From: Bdellovibrionota bacterium
GTDB lineage: Bacteria > Bdellovibrionota_C > UBA2361 > OMII01
NCBI GenBank assembly: GCA_044345405.1
Contig: JBIJBE010000049.1
Coordinates: 1 to 24,294, forward strand
Direction: 5' to 3'
DNA: 24,294 bases
Below, piece by piece: positions 1 through 9,804 of the stretch. Numbering within the stretch: position 1 is the first letter of the stretch; every line of letters begins with the position of its first letter. The position numbers were made by a program, and so were the translations under genes. The notes beneath the pieces are model-generated. The model made no database searches, was not told the DNA's origin, and saw only the letters and a list, made by a program, of their open reading frames with translations.

Positions 1-1224
1 AATTCCTTTTTCTATCATCTCAAGTGAAAGATTCGAAAAGCTCAGTCGCATGGTGTTGTTCGCGGGGTTGAGCGCGAAGAATGGCGCGCCCGGCGCGAAG
101 GCTACACCGAACTCCTCAACGCTCATTGGGAGGAGCTTGGCGGTATCTATCTTTGGATCCACCTCCAGCCACAAGAAGAAGCCGCCCTCTGGCGTTGTAC
201 AGCTTTGCGCGATGGCCCCGATATGTTTCTTGACTGACTCAACGGCTTGGTCTCGCCGCTCCCTATACGCGGCTCGGATGCGTTTCCAATACCCCTCCGC
301 GTGTGTCTTGAGGAACTCAGCGGCAATATATTGATTCATAACTCCTGAGTGAAGGTCGGTTCCCTGTTTCAGGCACGCTATCGCGCGTATTACGGTTGAA
401 GGCGCTTCAATCCACCCAACGCGCAATCCTGGAGACATGACCTTTGAGAGTGTTCCAAGGTATATGACCCGGCCATCGTCCTCATAGCTGCGACCGCTCG
501 CTTGAAGGATGGCGGACTCTGTTACACGGAGGCTGACAGGCTCCGCGTCATAGAAGAGCTCTTGATAGGCGGCATCCTCAACGATGGGGACGTTGTACAC
601 ATGGCACATTCGAACGATAGCCTCTCCCCGCTTTCGAGAGATAGTTACTCCGGTCGGGTTCTGAAAAATTGAGACGACGTAAAAGAAGGCGGGCTTTTGC
701 CGAAGAGCTGCCTCAACGTCAGCGAGTATCGGCCCCTCATCGTCGCATGAGATCTGTATATAGCGAGGCTCAAAAGCGGAGAAGATCTGGAGAGCTCCGA
801 GATACGTTGGTGATGTTACCGCGATCGGATCCCCGTGATTGAGGAATGCATTAGCGATGAGGTCAATTCCCTGTTGAGAGCCAGTGGTTGGAATAACATT
901 CAGGGGAGCGCAATCCGCTCCCTTTGAATTCGACACTTTGCTTAACTCTTGAGCCAAAGCGCCTACGCCGTCTGCCACGCCGTATTGCAGCGCCGCGTAT
1001 CCGTGAGTACGCAAAACGTTTTGGCTACACTCATGGATCTCGTCAAGCGGTAAGAGTTTGGGATCTGGTAATCCACCGGCGAATGATAAGATCCCCGGTC
1101 TTGAGGCTATGCCGAGAATAGCCCGAATCCCTGAGTCGTCCATGAGGCGACGCTTCCTACTGAAGGCGCTCTGCCAGGAAAAAGGGGAACATTCGGTGCT
1201 ATCCACATTATACGCTATTTGCAT
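1..1224 (-). CDS. PLP-dependent class I/II aminotransferase (LysN/2-aminoadipate transaminase-like); 3' end runs off the window
   Basis: Not in the ORF track because no stop lies inside the window. Manual translation from ATG at 1224 (AGGA upstream) gives MQIAYNVD...IRAILGIASRPGILSFAGGLPDP, and the window-end codons read MRLSFSNLSLEMIEKGI. Both ends match the LysN/MocR-type aminotransferase pattern. Confidence 0.88.
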   Translation of the reverse strand, partial: MQIAYNVDSTECSPFSWQSAFSRKRRLMDDSGIRAILGIASRPGILSFAGGLPDPKLLPLDEIHECSQNVLRTHGYAALQYGVADGVGALAQELSKVSNSKGADCAPLNVIPTTGSQQGIDLIANAFLNHGDPIAVTSPTYLGALQIFSAFEPRYIQISCDDEGPILADVEAALRQKPAFFYVVSIFQNPTGVTISRKRGEAIVRMCHVYNVPIVEDAAYQELFYDAEPVSLRVTESAILQASGRSYEDDGRVIYLGTLSKVMSPGLRVGWIEAPSTVIRAIACLKQGTDLHSGVMNQYIAAEFLKTHAEGYWKRIRAAYRERRDQAVESVKKHIGAIAQSCTTPEGGFFLWLEVDPKIDTAKLLPMSVEEFGVAFAPGAPFFALNPANNTMRLSFSNLSLEMIEKGI

Positions 1225-1466
1225 GAAACGATTCCTATGTAGTTCAAATCTTCCGGGTATGAAAGAGAGCCTCCATGGTACCGATGTCGAGCGGAACATA
1301 GCTATGAAGACGATTCAGAAGTGAAATCAGGGCGCCGGATTGTGCCCCGTTTGTGATTGAAGCGGATGAGCGAGATCTCTAAGGTGGAGGGAGAAGTCGA
1401 AGCGACACGAAGAGTCAGAGAAATCTGATGTCATGTAGCGCGATGACTTTTTACCAGGTTGAGGTT

Positions 1467-3068
1467 ATGAAGGCAAAACGAGACGTACAGATCAAGATTT
1501 TCGATACTACCTTGCGTGATGGACAGCAGTGCCCCGGCGCTGCCATCAGTTTTGAGCACAATATCGAGTACGCTCAACTCGCGCTCAGTGCGCGCGTCGA
1601 CGTCCTGGAGGCCGGGTTCCCCGCGGCAAGTAAACTCGACTTTTCGATCGTTCAGACTATCGCGCAGGAACTCTCGGGAGCTGTTGACTCGCCAGTCATC
1701 GCGGGATTGTGTCAGCAGCGGCGCGAGCAGGTCGAAAAAACGATGGAGGTACTTTTGCCAACGATGCGCCGGGGAAAGGGGCGAGTTCACATGTACCTTC
1801 CCGTCGCTCCTGGATTAATGGAGGCCTCTCTGGGCGCTCGCTCCGAGAAGAAGAGCGATTTGGTAAAGGAGACCTACGACTTGTGTCTGTTAGCATCCCA
1901 AGCAGGATATGAGGTTGAATTTAGTCCTGAGGGGTATTCCCGTATCGGAGAAAACTTCGATTTCACAACGGACGTCATTCGAGCGGCTATCGATGGAGGG
2001 GCCACCGTGATTAACTGCCCAGATACCATCGGTGGAGGATGTTGGCTGCAGGGGCCACGCTATTTCGTCTCCATGATGAACCGCCACGCGGAGATTATAG
2101 CCCGGGAGTTCGCGGGGAGGACCGTCACATGGTCAGCCCATTGCCATAATGACTTTGGGCTGGCTCTGCATAACTCGTTAGCCGCGGTATTTCTGGGACC
2201 GTGCACGCAAATCGAGGGGTGCTTTAACGGGATCGGAGAGAGAGCTGGTAATGTCGCCTTGGAGCAGGTCATCTTAGCTTTGGCGCACTTCGGTGACTGC
2301 GGCGAGGAAGGGGTGGCATACTCGACCGGAATCGCCCTCGATAAAATCCAGGCATTATCGAATTTCGTGGCGAACCACATGCTTCCTCGGCAGCCACATT
2401 GGCCAATCACTGGGGATAATGCCGCCCGCCATTCTTCAGGCGGGCATACCAACGCGATACTGACAGACCCGCTCGCGTATCAACCATTCGATCCTCAAGA
2501 GATCGGTAACGAGATTACGTTTGTGTTCGGGCCACTTTCGGGAGGCAATCACGCCCAGTCGATTATTGAGAAAGCCGGGTACGTTTGTCATGACGGAGAG
2601 AAAGCTTCCATCGCGCAATTTATAAAGACGTTGTATCAGGAACGTAGAAAAGGGGTGACCGACAAGGAGGTCATGGAGGGCTATTTTGAGTTTCGCAACC
2701 CGGTCGTTATAGAGGAGTACGACTATTCGAAGAGGAGTGGGCGATCCGAGATCGTTCTTCGTGGTAAGTTCTTTGACCTTCAGGGTGAACTGCGAGAGGC
2801 ATATGATGGAAAGGACTCCGCTTTGGCGTGTCTCAAGCGAGCTATTGATCAACGGCTTCCCGGACTGCTGCTTCAGAGTTACCACAGTGAGTCGGAGAGC
2901 CCCGGCATCTCGGCGAACAGTGTGAGTACAATTATTCTCAATGATCACATGGGACAGAGCTTTATGGGTCGAGGAGTCGATGAGGATATTGAGATATCAG
3001 CGATGAAAGCGCTTATAAGCGCGACGAATAGAGCGTATGTAGAGAGGACTTTCAAAAAGGTACAATAA
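1467..3068 (+). CDS. leuA: 2-isopropylmalate synthase
   Basis: Motifs DTTLRDG, INCPDT, HCHNDFG and GERAGN, plus a C-terminal regulatory-domain-like tail (GVDEDIEISA). Start placed at ATG 1467 after a GAGG RBS rather than at the ORF-track 1428. Confidence 0.92.
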   Translation: MKAKRDVQIKIFDTTLRDGQQCPGAAISFEHNIEYAQLALSARVDVLEAGFPAASKLDFSIVQTIAQELSGAVDSPVIAGLCQQRREQVEKTMEVLLPTMRRGKGRVHMYLPVAPGLMEASLGARSEKKSDLVKETYDLCLLASQAGYEVEFSPEGYSRIGENFDFTTDVIRAAIDGGATVINCPDTIGGGCWLQGPRYFVSMMNRHAEIIAREFAGRTVTWSAHCHNDFGLALHNSLAAVFLGPCTQIEGCFNGIGERAGNVALEQVILALAHFGDCGEEGVAYSTGIALDKIQALSNFVANHMLPRQPHWPITGDNAARHSSGGHTNAILTDPLAYQPFDPQEIGNEITFVFGPLSGGNHAQSIIEKAGYVCHDGEKASIAQFIKTLYQERRKGVTDKEVMEGYFEFRNPVVIEEYDYSKRSGRSEIVLRGKFFDLQGELREAYDGKDSALACLKRAIDQRLPGLLLQSYHSESESPGISANSVSTIILNDHMGQSFMGRGVDEDIEISAMKALISATNRAYVERTFKKVQ

Positions 3069-3070
3069 GT

Positions 3071-4471
3071 ATGAAGAGGAATATTATAGAGAAGATTTGG
3101 GAATCTCACGCTATCCGCAAGGACGAAGCCGCGGGCAACGTTGGAATTCTGACTATTGATTTTATGTTGTTGCATGAGGTGACTTCGAGTCAGGCTTTCT
3201 CTCTTCTCCGGGAAAGGGGGATCCCGCTTTTGGACCGGACCAGGTTAGCGGCGACCGTCGACCACAGTATTCCGACCGCTAAAAATCGTCTCACGATTGT
3301 AGACGACGCCGCTCGTCTTCAAGTAGCCACCCTTCGTGAAAATTGTAAGGAGTTCGGGGTAACGCTCTTTGATTTTGATTCGGGATATCAGGGGATCGTT
3401 CATGTGATTGGGCCGGAGTTAGGGCTTACCCAGCCAGGGATGACCATCGTTTGTGGTGATTCTCACACCTCAACGCATGGGGCTTTCGGCGCATTAGCAT
3501 TTGGTGTTGGCACGAGCGAGGTGGGTCACGTGATGGCGACCGGTGCGTTGCTGCAAGCGATACCGAAAACGATGAAGGTGTCATTTGAAGGAACCTTTAG
3601 GCCCGGCGTAACACCGAAGGACGCCATACTAAAACTCATTGCTCAGATTGGCATCTCGGGGGCAAACGGCCACATAATCGAGTACTGTGGATCCGCGGTG
3701 CGGGCTATGTCGATGGAAGAGCGGATGACCATCTGCAACATGAGTATCGAATGCGGGGCCCGCGCGGGACTTATCGCTCCAGACGAGGTTACCTTCGCGT
3801 TTTTGAAGGGGAAGCCCTACGCTCCAGCGGATTCGCGCTGGGATGAGGCTGTGACGTTCTGGAGGAGCCTTGCCTCCGACGAAGGGGCTCTCTACGACCG
3901 GGAGTTGACCATCGACGTCTCCGAGCTAACTCCGATGGTAACCTGGGGTATCAATCCCGAGCAGGCGATAAGCGTGCACGATACCATTCCAGTGGTGGAT
4001 GCTCTGCCAGATACGCATAAGACGGTGGCGCGGCAGGCGCTCTCCTACACTGGGTTGACTGAAGGTGCCCAAATTAAAGGTGTAAAAGTTGAGTGGGCCT
4101 TCATCGGCTCGTGCACTAATGGGCGTATCGAGGATCTTCGAGCGGCAGCGGAGGTGTTGCGAGGAAGGCGAATACACCCGGATGTCACGCTGTACGTTGT
4201 TCCCGGTTCTGAGCAAGTTATGGCGCAAGCGGAGCGTGAGGGCCTTCGAGCGATCTTCGAGGCGGCCGGCGCGGAGTTCCGTATGCCTGGGTGTTCGATG
4301 TGTCTAGGTATGAATGACGATAAAGTTCCAGCTGGCAAGCGTTGTATCAGTACATCTAACCGAAACTTTATTGGGCGACAGGGCGCGGGGAGTATTACAC
4401 ATCTCGCCTCTCCTATCACCGTCGCCGCCAGCGCGGTTGCTGGCTGCATCGTTCCATGGGAATCATTTTAA
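3071..4471 (+). CDS. leuC: 3-isopropylmalate dehydratase large subunit
   Basis: HEVTS, DSHTSTHGAFGALAFG, GSCTNGRIEDLR, PGCSMCLGMN (Fe-S cysteines) and STSNRNF motifs; starts 2 nt after the leuA stop. Confidence 0.97.
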   Translation: MKRNIIEKIWESHAIRKDEAAGNVGILTIDFMLLHEVTSSQAFSLLRERGIPLLDRTRLAATVDHSIPTAKNRLTIVDDAARLQVATLRENCKEFGVTLFDFDSGYQGIVHVIGPELGLTQPGMTIVCGDSHTSTHGAFGALAFGVGTSEVGHVMATGALLQAIPKTMKVSFEGTFRPGVTPKDAILKLIAQIGISGANGHIIEYCGSAVRAMSMEERMTICNMSIECGARAGLIAPDEVTFAFLKGKPYAPADSRWDEAVTFWRSLASDEGALYDRELTIDVSELTPMVTWGINPEQAISVHDTIPVVDALPDTHKTVARQALSYTGLTEGAQIKGVKVEWAFIGSCTNGRIEDLRAAAEVLRGRRIHPDVTLYVVPGSEQVMAQAEREGLRAIFEAAGAEFRMPGCSMCLGMNDDKVPAGKRCISTSNRNFIGRQGAGSITHLASPITVAASAVAGCIVPWESF

Positions 4472-4485
4472 AAAGGGCTATCTGT

Positions 4486-5091
4486 ATGCAAGCGTTTACT
4501 TCACTAACATCGATGGCGGCTCCCTTGCCCCTTAAAGATGTCGATACGGACATGATCATTCCGGCGCAACACCTGACGAGTATTTCACGAGAGGGGTTTG
4601 GCGCGCACCTCTTTGAGCGCTTGCGAACAACCATCCCCTCGTTGTTCATAAACCAAGCGCGTTATGGCGGGGCTCAAATCCTGCTCGCTGACGCCAACTT
4701 TGGATGCGGTTCATCGCGTGAGCACGCGGTGTGGGCGCTTCTTGGGGCCGGAATCCGAGTCGTTATCGCGCCCTCATTCGCGGATATCTTTGCCTCCAAT
4801 AGCTCAAAAAATGGGCTACTTCTGGTGACGTTAGAACCGACTGTGGTGGCGGGTCTTTTAACTGAGGCCAATCAAGGCGAATTAATGATGTCCGTGGATC
4901 TTCAGTCTCAAACTGTCAGTACCTCGGACGGCCGCGTGTGGGCCTTCGCGTATGATTCGTTTCGCAAGCACTGTCTCTTACGTGGCCTGGATGATATGGA
5001 CTATTTGCGTTCTCATCTTCCAATTATCTCGGCCAAGAAAGCCGAGTTGGAGCCGTATTCATTCTTTCGAGTAGGAACGCCGAATAGGTAG
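4486..5091 (+). CDS. leuD: 3-isopropylmalate dehydratase small subunit
   Basis: DVDTDMIIP, NFGCGSSREHAVWAL and SFADIF motifs. Start placed at ATG 4486 (MQAFT). Confidence 0.96.
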   Translation: MQAFTSLTSMAAPLPLKDVDTDMIIPAQHLTSISREGFGAHLFERLRTTIPSLFINQARYGGAQILLADANFGCGSSREHAVWALLGAGIRVVIAPSFADIFASNSSKNGLLLVTLEPTVVAGLLTEANQGELMMSVDLQSQTVSTSDGRVWAFAYDSFRKHCLLRGLDDMDYLRSHLPIISAKKAELEPYSFFRVGTPNR

Positions 5092-5094
5092 CAT

Positions 5095-6177
5095 ATGGGA
5101 ACTAAATCTATCGCGGTGTTAGCTGGAGATGGCGTAGGACCTGAGGTGATGCGTGAGGCTGTGCGAGTCGCCACCGCGGTAGTGAGGAAGTTCGGGCGCT
5201 CCATTCGATGTGTTGAGGGGCTTGTTGGAGGTTCCGCCTTCGACGAATACGGGGAGCATCTTCCTCGAACGACAATTGACTTATGTAAAAGCTCTGACGC
5301 CATCTTGTTCGGCTCGGTCGGAGGGCCTGTGAGCCAAGCGCACCTTCCGAAGTGGCGGGGCTGCGAGGCTAATTCTATTTTAGCGTTGCGGAAGAATTTC
5401 GCCCTAGCCGCCAACATTCGGCCGGCGCGAGTCTATGAGCATCTTTTGGCGGGATGTCCGCTCAAGGATGAGATCGTTTCTGAGGGGATAGACCTCGTCA
5501 TTATTCGGGAGCTTCTCGGAGATGTTTACTTTGGCGAGAAGTCGACATGGATGGACAACGGCAGACGGTATGCGCGAGATAGTGGGGCGTATTCCGAGGA
5601 TCAGATCGCAGTTGTAGCGCAAGTTGCTTTTGAGACAGCGCGAAAGCGGCGAGGTAAAGTTACGTCTGTGGATAAAGCTAACGTGATGCAGACGTCGAAG
5701 CTGTGGCGAGAGGTCGTTAGAGAGATTCATACGGACTTCGCTGATGTCACTCTAGAGGATATGTTAGTGGATAACTGCGCCCTGCAGCTGGTGAAGAATC
5801 CCGCTCAGTTCGATGTTATCGTGACCTCAAATCTCTTCGGCGACATTCTCTCCGATCTGGCGGCGGCGCTTCCAGGTTCGCTGGGGCTGACTCCGTCCGC
5901 GAGTCTTAACGATGGGGGATTTGGGCTCTTTGAGCCATCTGGGGGCTCCGCGCCTGATATCGCTGGTAGGGGGATCGCGAACCCCATAGCCCAAATTCTC
6001 TCGGTCGCCATGATGTTTCGTTTCTCTTTTGATTGGATCGAGGAAGCTGACGCGCTTGAGCGCGCTGTGGAACTGACCCTACAAGATGGATATCGTACCG
6101 CCGATATTTTCCTCGGGGGCAGTCAAAAAGTTTCGACCGCTGAGATGGCGGATCGGATTATCGAGCGACTGGGATAG
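5095..6177 (+). CDS. leuB: 3-isopropylmalate dehydrogenase
   Basis: GDGVGPEV, VDKANV, NLFGDILSD and EPSGGSAPDIAGRGIANP motifs; operon context. Confidence 0.96.
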   Translation: MGTKSIAVLAGDGVGPEVMREAVRVATAVVRKFGRSIRCVEGLVGGSAFDEYGEHLPRTTIDLCKSSDAILFGSVGGPVSQAHLPKWRGCEANSILALRKNFALAANIRPARVYEHLLAGCPLKDEIVSEGIDLVIIRELLGDVYFGEKSTWMDNGRRYARDSGAYSEDQIAVVAQVAFETARKRRGKVTSVDKANVMQTSKLWREVVREIHTDFADVTLEDMLVDNCALQLVKNPAQFDVIVTSNLFGDILSDLAAALPGSLGLTPSASLNDGGFGLFEPSGGSAPDIAGRGIANPIAQILSVAMMFRFSFDWIEEADALERAVELTLQDGYRTADIFLGGSQKVSTAEMADRIIERLG

Positions 6178-6482
6178 GGAGCTTGCCCGTCGCGCAACCT
6201 CTGGCTGCCCGCCGCGTGGCCGCTGAAGTTTTTTACATTCGAGAGAGATTGATAGTAGCTTCAGAGCGAAGTGTTCTCGATGCCTTTGGCTTTTGAAATC
6301 TCCTCCGGAAAAGCACTGTCCGGTGTGACTTGTGTTCGTCGAGACGTGAGTGAACCGCCTGAAATCGGAGTTGTATGCGCGCTTCTTTCCGGTTTCGGTC
6401 TCTGAGTCCCTATCAGTACGAATAAAATCCTTTACTCCTCTACCTTCGTCCGCGTGAACCGCACGCGAATCCGCTGGCTGCG

Positions 6483-9431
6483 ATGAAGAGGATGCATATG
6501 GATCGAGCTAATCAGACACAGACAGTCACTCAAAACGAAGCTCTCGTGTTGCCCGGTCGTGCTCAGGTTGCCTCTTGGAGGCGTCTTACCGAGCTAACGC
6601 ATAGCCTTCAGTCAGTGTACCAAACTCTTGCCCTCTCTGCGACGCGCGCGATCGGGGACCAGATGGGGAAGTCTGGAGCCGCGAAATCGCTTGAGAGGGA
6701 ATTCGATGGGAATGTCCCCGGTACTCAAGACCGTCCCGCTCATGAATCGAGGGTGGCACACCTTAAGGTGTCTAGCGTTGAGCTTGAGAAAATTAAAAGT
6801 ATTTGTGAGAGCGCGCTCCCGCTATCTCAGGGTGAGGTAAGAAATGATCCGAGGTTTAAGAAAGTTGAAAAGCGATTGGCCACGCTAGCTCTCTCAGCTC
6901 TCTTATCGTTCGATCGACAAGGTTTTCAAGACGAAGATAGCGGGGCAACGCCTGAGGCGCTCGCCAGGGCCAAAAAGGACCTTCTCACAACCTTGCGTGA
7001 ACATGAACTGTTGCCCGTTGCCTCCGCTCTCAGGATGACTCATTCAAAGATACGTAACCGATCGTTTGATAGCTCTTTCTTTGAGGATAGGCAGGTAGCG
7101 TTCGCGACTATCAAGTGTTTGGCGTCGTTTTTGATTTGCAAACGGCTCTCGGGCTCGTTCAAAGTATCGCCATTAGATGTGGATATTCGGGAACTCCTAA
7201 AAGACATTACACGCGGCATGCAAGGGGCTCACAAAATGAGGATTGAGCCCACAAAGCCTGGAAACGTTTATGACCGGGAAGCTCAGCCATCGGCGCTCGA
7301 CGTTCTTAAGGCCGCGGGCACAGCGGTCGATATGCTTCTCGTTTGCAACAACATCAATAAACTTCATATGTCGGATTCTTGTCCTGCTGGTGTGGATGAG
7401 GGGCGGGAAGATAACATAGCGAAGGGCGACAATGACGAATTGCGCATGCCGTCCGCGGGCACGGAAAATTCGTTGGCGGGGAGGATAGGAACTCTTTTAG
7501 TTAACGGGACGCGATTGCCGTGTTGCACTGAGACAGAAAGGATGAGGGGCTTGACTGACGTGGTTGTAACGAGTCGCGAGGCGCTCATACTCCAGACCAC
7601 GGGTTCGCTTGATGTTCTTGATTCACTTCTTATTTCGTGTCAAGACGCTCTGGCTCAGCTGGCGTCACTCGCGTCCGGTAGTGCCCCTCTCTACCAAGGC
7701 GATGTGCTTCCGAATCCTAGATTCACGGCATCGCTGCTTGAGAAACTACGGCCTCGATTAGGTGTTGATCCTCGAAGTATCCCTAATCCCAATCCGATTA
7801 AAATGGATGGCTTTTTGGCGGCGGTACAGCGGATGGAGTCGAATGTTCAGGAATTGGGGGAGCATTTCAAGGTTGGAGGCGGGCTTGTTGGAGGACTCTT
7901 TCACGGGCTCTCACATCAGGTACCCCGAGGCATCGACCCACTAGCACCAGTTTTTCACTCTGTATCTGTCGGTACGAACGGAGCTCATGTTGGCATGACG
8001 CATTTCCCAAGGCTTGAGCACTCGATAAATGAGTTGGTGCGGAAGCCGGGAGTATTGTTCGATACCCCATGGAGCGAGGGCGTGGGAATTCCCACATCAG
8101 GTGGAACTGCCTCCAATAATCTGGCGGCTCATTTGGCGTTTAGCGGCGCGGGGTGTGGTTTGGCCCTGAAGGAGGCTTGCGAGAAGCTGGATATGGATGT
8201 GACGGTATCGCTTGACGGTAAGGACGTCTCACTGATTGAGATCGATGATACGCGGGCTCTGATGTTGCATCCCGAAAATATGAGCGCCGCAATTCGACGG
8301 TTGGGATTGCATGAATTGAACGCCTTGCGGAATGAATTTAAGACAGCGCTCCAATCCGTTCAGAGGCGGTACCCGCCTATCGTGGTTATCCCGGAAGGCG
8401 AGTGGGTGCACTACACCCTCGAGAGGCAATTGTGCGATCTGGCTGGGGAACACCTCCTTCGAATTCCGTCGAATGAAAGGACCGAGCTCGATTTTGGTCA
8501 GCTCCAACAGGAAATAGAGGAGCGCTTCAAAGATGGACCGCGACCAGTCATTTTACCTCTCACATTTTGCAACACCGGATTGGGGCGGTCTGGGTGCGAT
8601 GTAGAGGGTGTTCCGGCTTTCATGAGTTGGTTCTCTGATACATATGGCGCGCCTCCTCTGGTAGTCGTTGATGCAGCGCAGGGCGGACTCACATTTGGAA
8701 TTGATAAGCGTAGGCTGTTGCCAGAGATCGTGGCGGCACGTGAGATGTTGGCCAAATTCTCCATGAGCTTTACGCTCGATCCTCATAAGTCCAGCTTGCC
8801 CCTTCCCTGCAGTATTTGGGTGGTCAAGGACCCCGCATGGGCGATGTTCGCTACAGGAAGGGGGGTTAGTCACTCGTATTTGGAATCGTCCGATGCGACG
8901 GAGCTGCGGGAGGCTACTCAGCTTTCAACGCCCCTAGAGAGCGCCATGATCGCATGGAAGTTCCTTAAGAACCTTGAGACCGGCGAGCATAACGAGATTT
9001 TCGCGCCTGTTTTGCAATCGGCGGAGGACGCTTTTGTTCACCTCAAGAGTAACGTTACCCGCGTTGTGATTGACGGCAGAGAATACCGGATGATAGCGCC
9101 CTTTGAGCCCCACTCAGGGATTCTTTGTGTGTGTTTTGTGCCGTTGGACGGAGATATGAGCATGGAGGCCGCAAACAACGCGCTCAAGCGAGTTCGAGAA
9201 GTATTGATTGACGATCGAAATAGCCCGATATCGTGCTCCGGATACAGCCTTGATATGAGCGCCTTTAGATCCCCGGATAAAGTTAAAGAGAGATTTTCGA
9301 ATGGCGACCTACGGTGGGATGGGATTCATAAACTTGAGTTTCTCCGATTCGTCTTTGGGCAGGGCGGTCAGGACCGAGTGGTGATCGAGACTCTGCCACG
9401 ACTAATCTCAGAGCGTTTTTCGATAAGCTAG
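6483..9431 (+). CDS. Group II PLP-dependent decarboxylase-like protein with a ~450-aa uncharacterised N-terminal extension
   Basis: The C-terminal half carries TSGGTASN, VHYT, VDAAQGG and SFTLDPHKS (PLP lysine) in the order expected for group II decarboxylases. I do not recognise the N-terminal half. Confidence 0.75.
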   Translation: MKRMHMDRANQTQTVTQNEALVLPGRAQVASWRRLTELTHSLQSVYQTLALSATRAIGDQMGKSGAAKSLEREFDGNVPGTQDRPAHESRVAHLKVSSVELEKIKSICESALPLSQGEVRNDPRFKKVEKRLATLALSALLSFDRQGFQDEDSGATPEALARAKKDLLTTLREHELLPVASALRMTHSKIRNRSFDSSFFEDRQVAFATIKCLASFLICKRLSGSFKVSPLDVDIRELLKDITRGMQGAHKMRIEPTKPGNVYDREAQPSALDVLKAAGTAVDMLLVCNNINKLHMSDSCPAGVDEGREDNIAKGDNDELRMPSAGTENSLAGRIGTLLVNGTRLPCCTETERMRGLTDVVVTSREALILQTTGSLDVLDSLLISCQDALAQLASLASGSAPLYQGDVLPNPRFTASLLEKLRPRLGVDPRSIPNPNPIKMDGFLAAVQRMESNVQELGEHFKVGGGLVGGLFHGLSHQVPRGIDPLAPVFHSVSVGTNGAHVGMTHFPRLEHSINELVRKPGVLFDTPWSEGVGIPTSGGTASNNLAAHLAFSGAGCGLALKEACEKLDMDVTVSLDGKDVSLIEIDDTRALMLHPENMSAAIRRLGLHELNALRNEFKTALQSVQRRYPPIVVIPEGEWVHYTLERQLCDLAGEHLLRIPSNERTELDFGQLQQEIEERFKDGPRPVILPLTFCNTGLGRSGCDVEGVPAFMSWFSDTYGAPPLVVVDAAQGGLTFGIDKRRLLPEIVAAREMLAKFSMSFTLDPHKSSLPLPCSIWVVKDPAWAMFATGRGVSHSYLESSDATELREATQLSTPLESAMIAWKFLKNLETGEHNEIFAPVLQSAEDAFVHLKSNVTRVVIDGREYRMIAPFEPHSGILCVCFVPLDGDMSMEAANNALKRVREVLIDDRNSPISCSGYSLDMSAFRSPDKVKERFSNGDLRWDGIHKLEFLRFVFGQGGQDRVVIETLPRLISERFSIS

Positions 9432-9804
9432 GGTATATCGAGACTCTGTCGCAACTTTACCGCGGGCTCCCCATCCTTTTAGGGAGGCAATTGCTAATTT
9501 TGGCAGAAAACAGGAAGAGTGGAGAATATTGGTTGTCGGCACGGTGTGTGCCAGTTGAATTTCGCTGGGCAGAGGGGATAGAGCGCGTCTAGGGAGATCT
9601 CAACCATACCGGTGCTGCTGCGCTAACTTTTTGGGGGCTGGTGGAGCTACGACGGTATCCGCGCGTGGCCTATCACAGTTGGTTTGTCGCAGTGCCCATC
9701 TCTGTGTAGCGTTTACACTAAGAAAGTGAGGAAATGTAGTGGCCTTACCCCCCACTTAATGAGAATTTGAACGCGCCTTGATGAGTCGGTGTTTGAGAGT
9801 TGAG

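Noticed and set aside
50-1324. Plus-strand ORFs 50-334, 924-1121 and 1058-1324
   Set aside because: They are antisense shadows of the aminotransferase gene.
1225-1466. T-box or leucine attenuator upstream of leuA
   Set aside because: TGGTACCG near 1276 lacks the T-box context and a terminator, and the only mini-ORF noted (MKTIQK) has no Leu codons.
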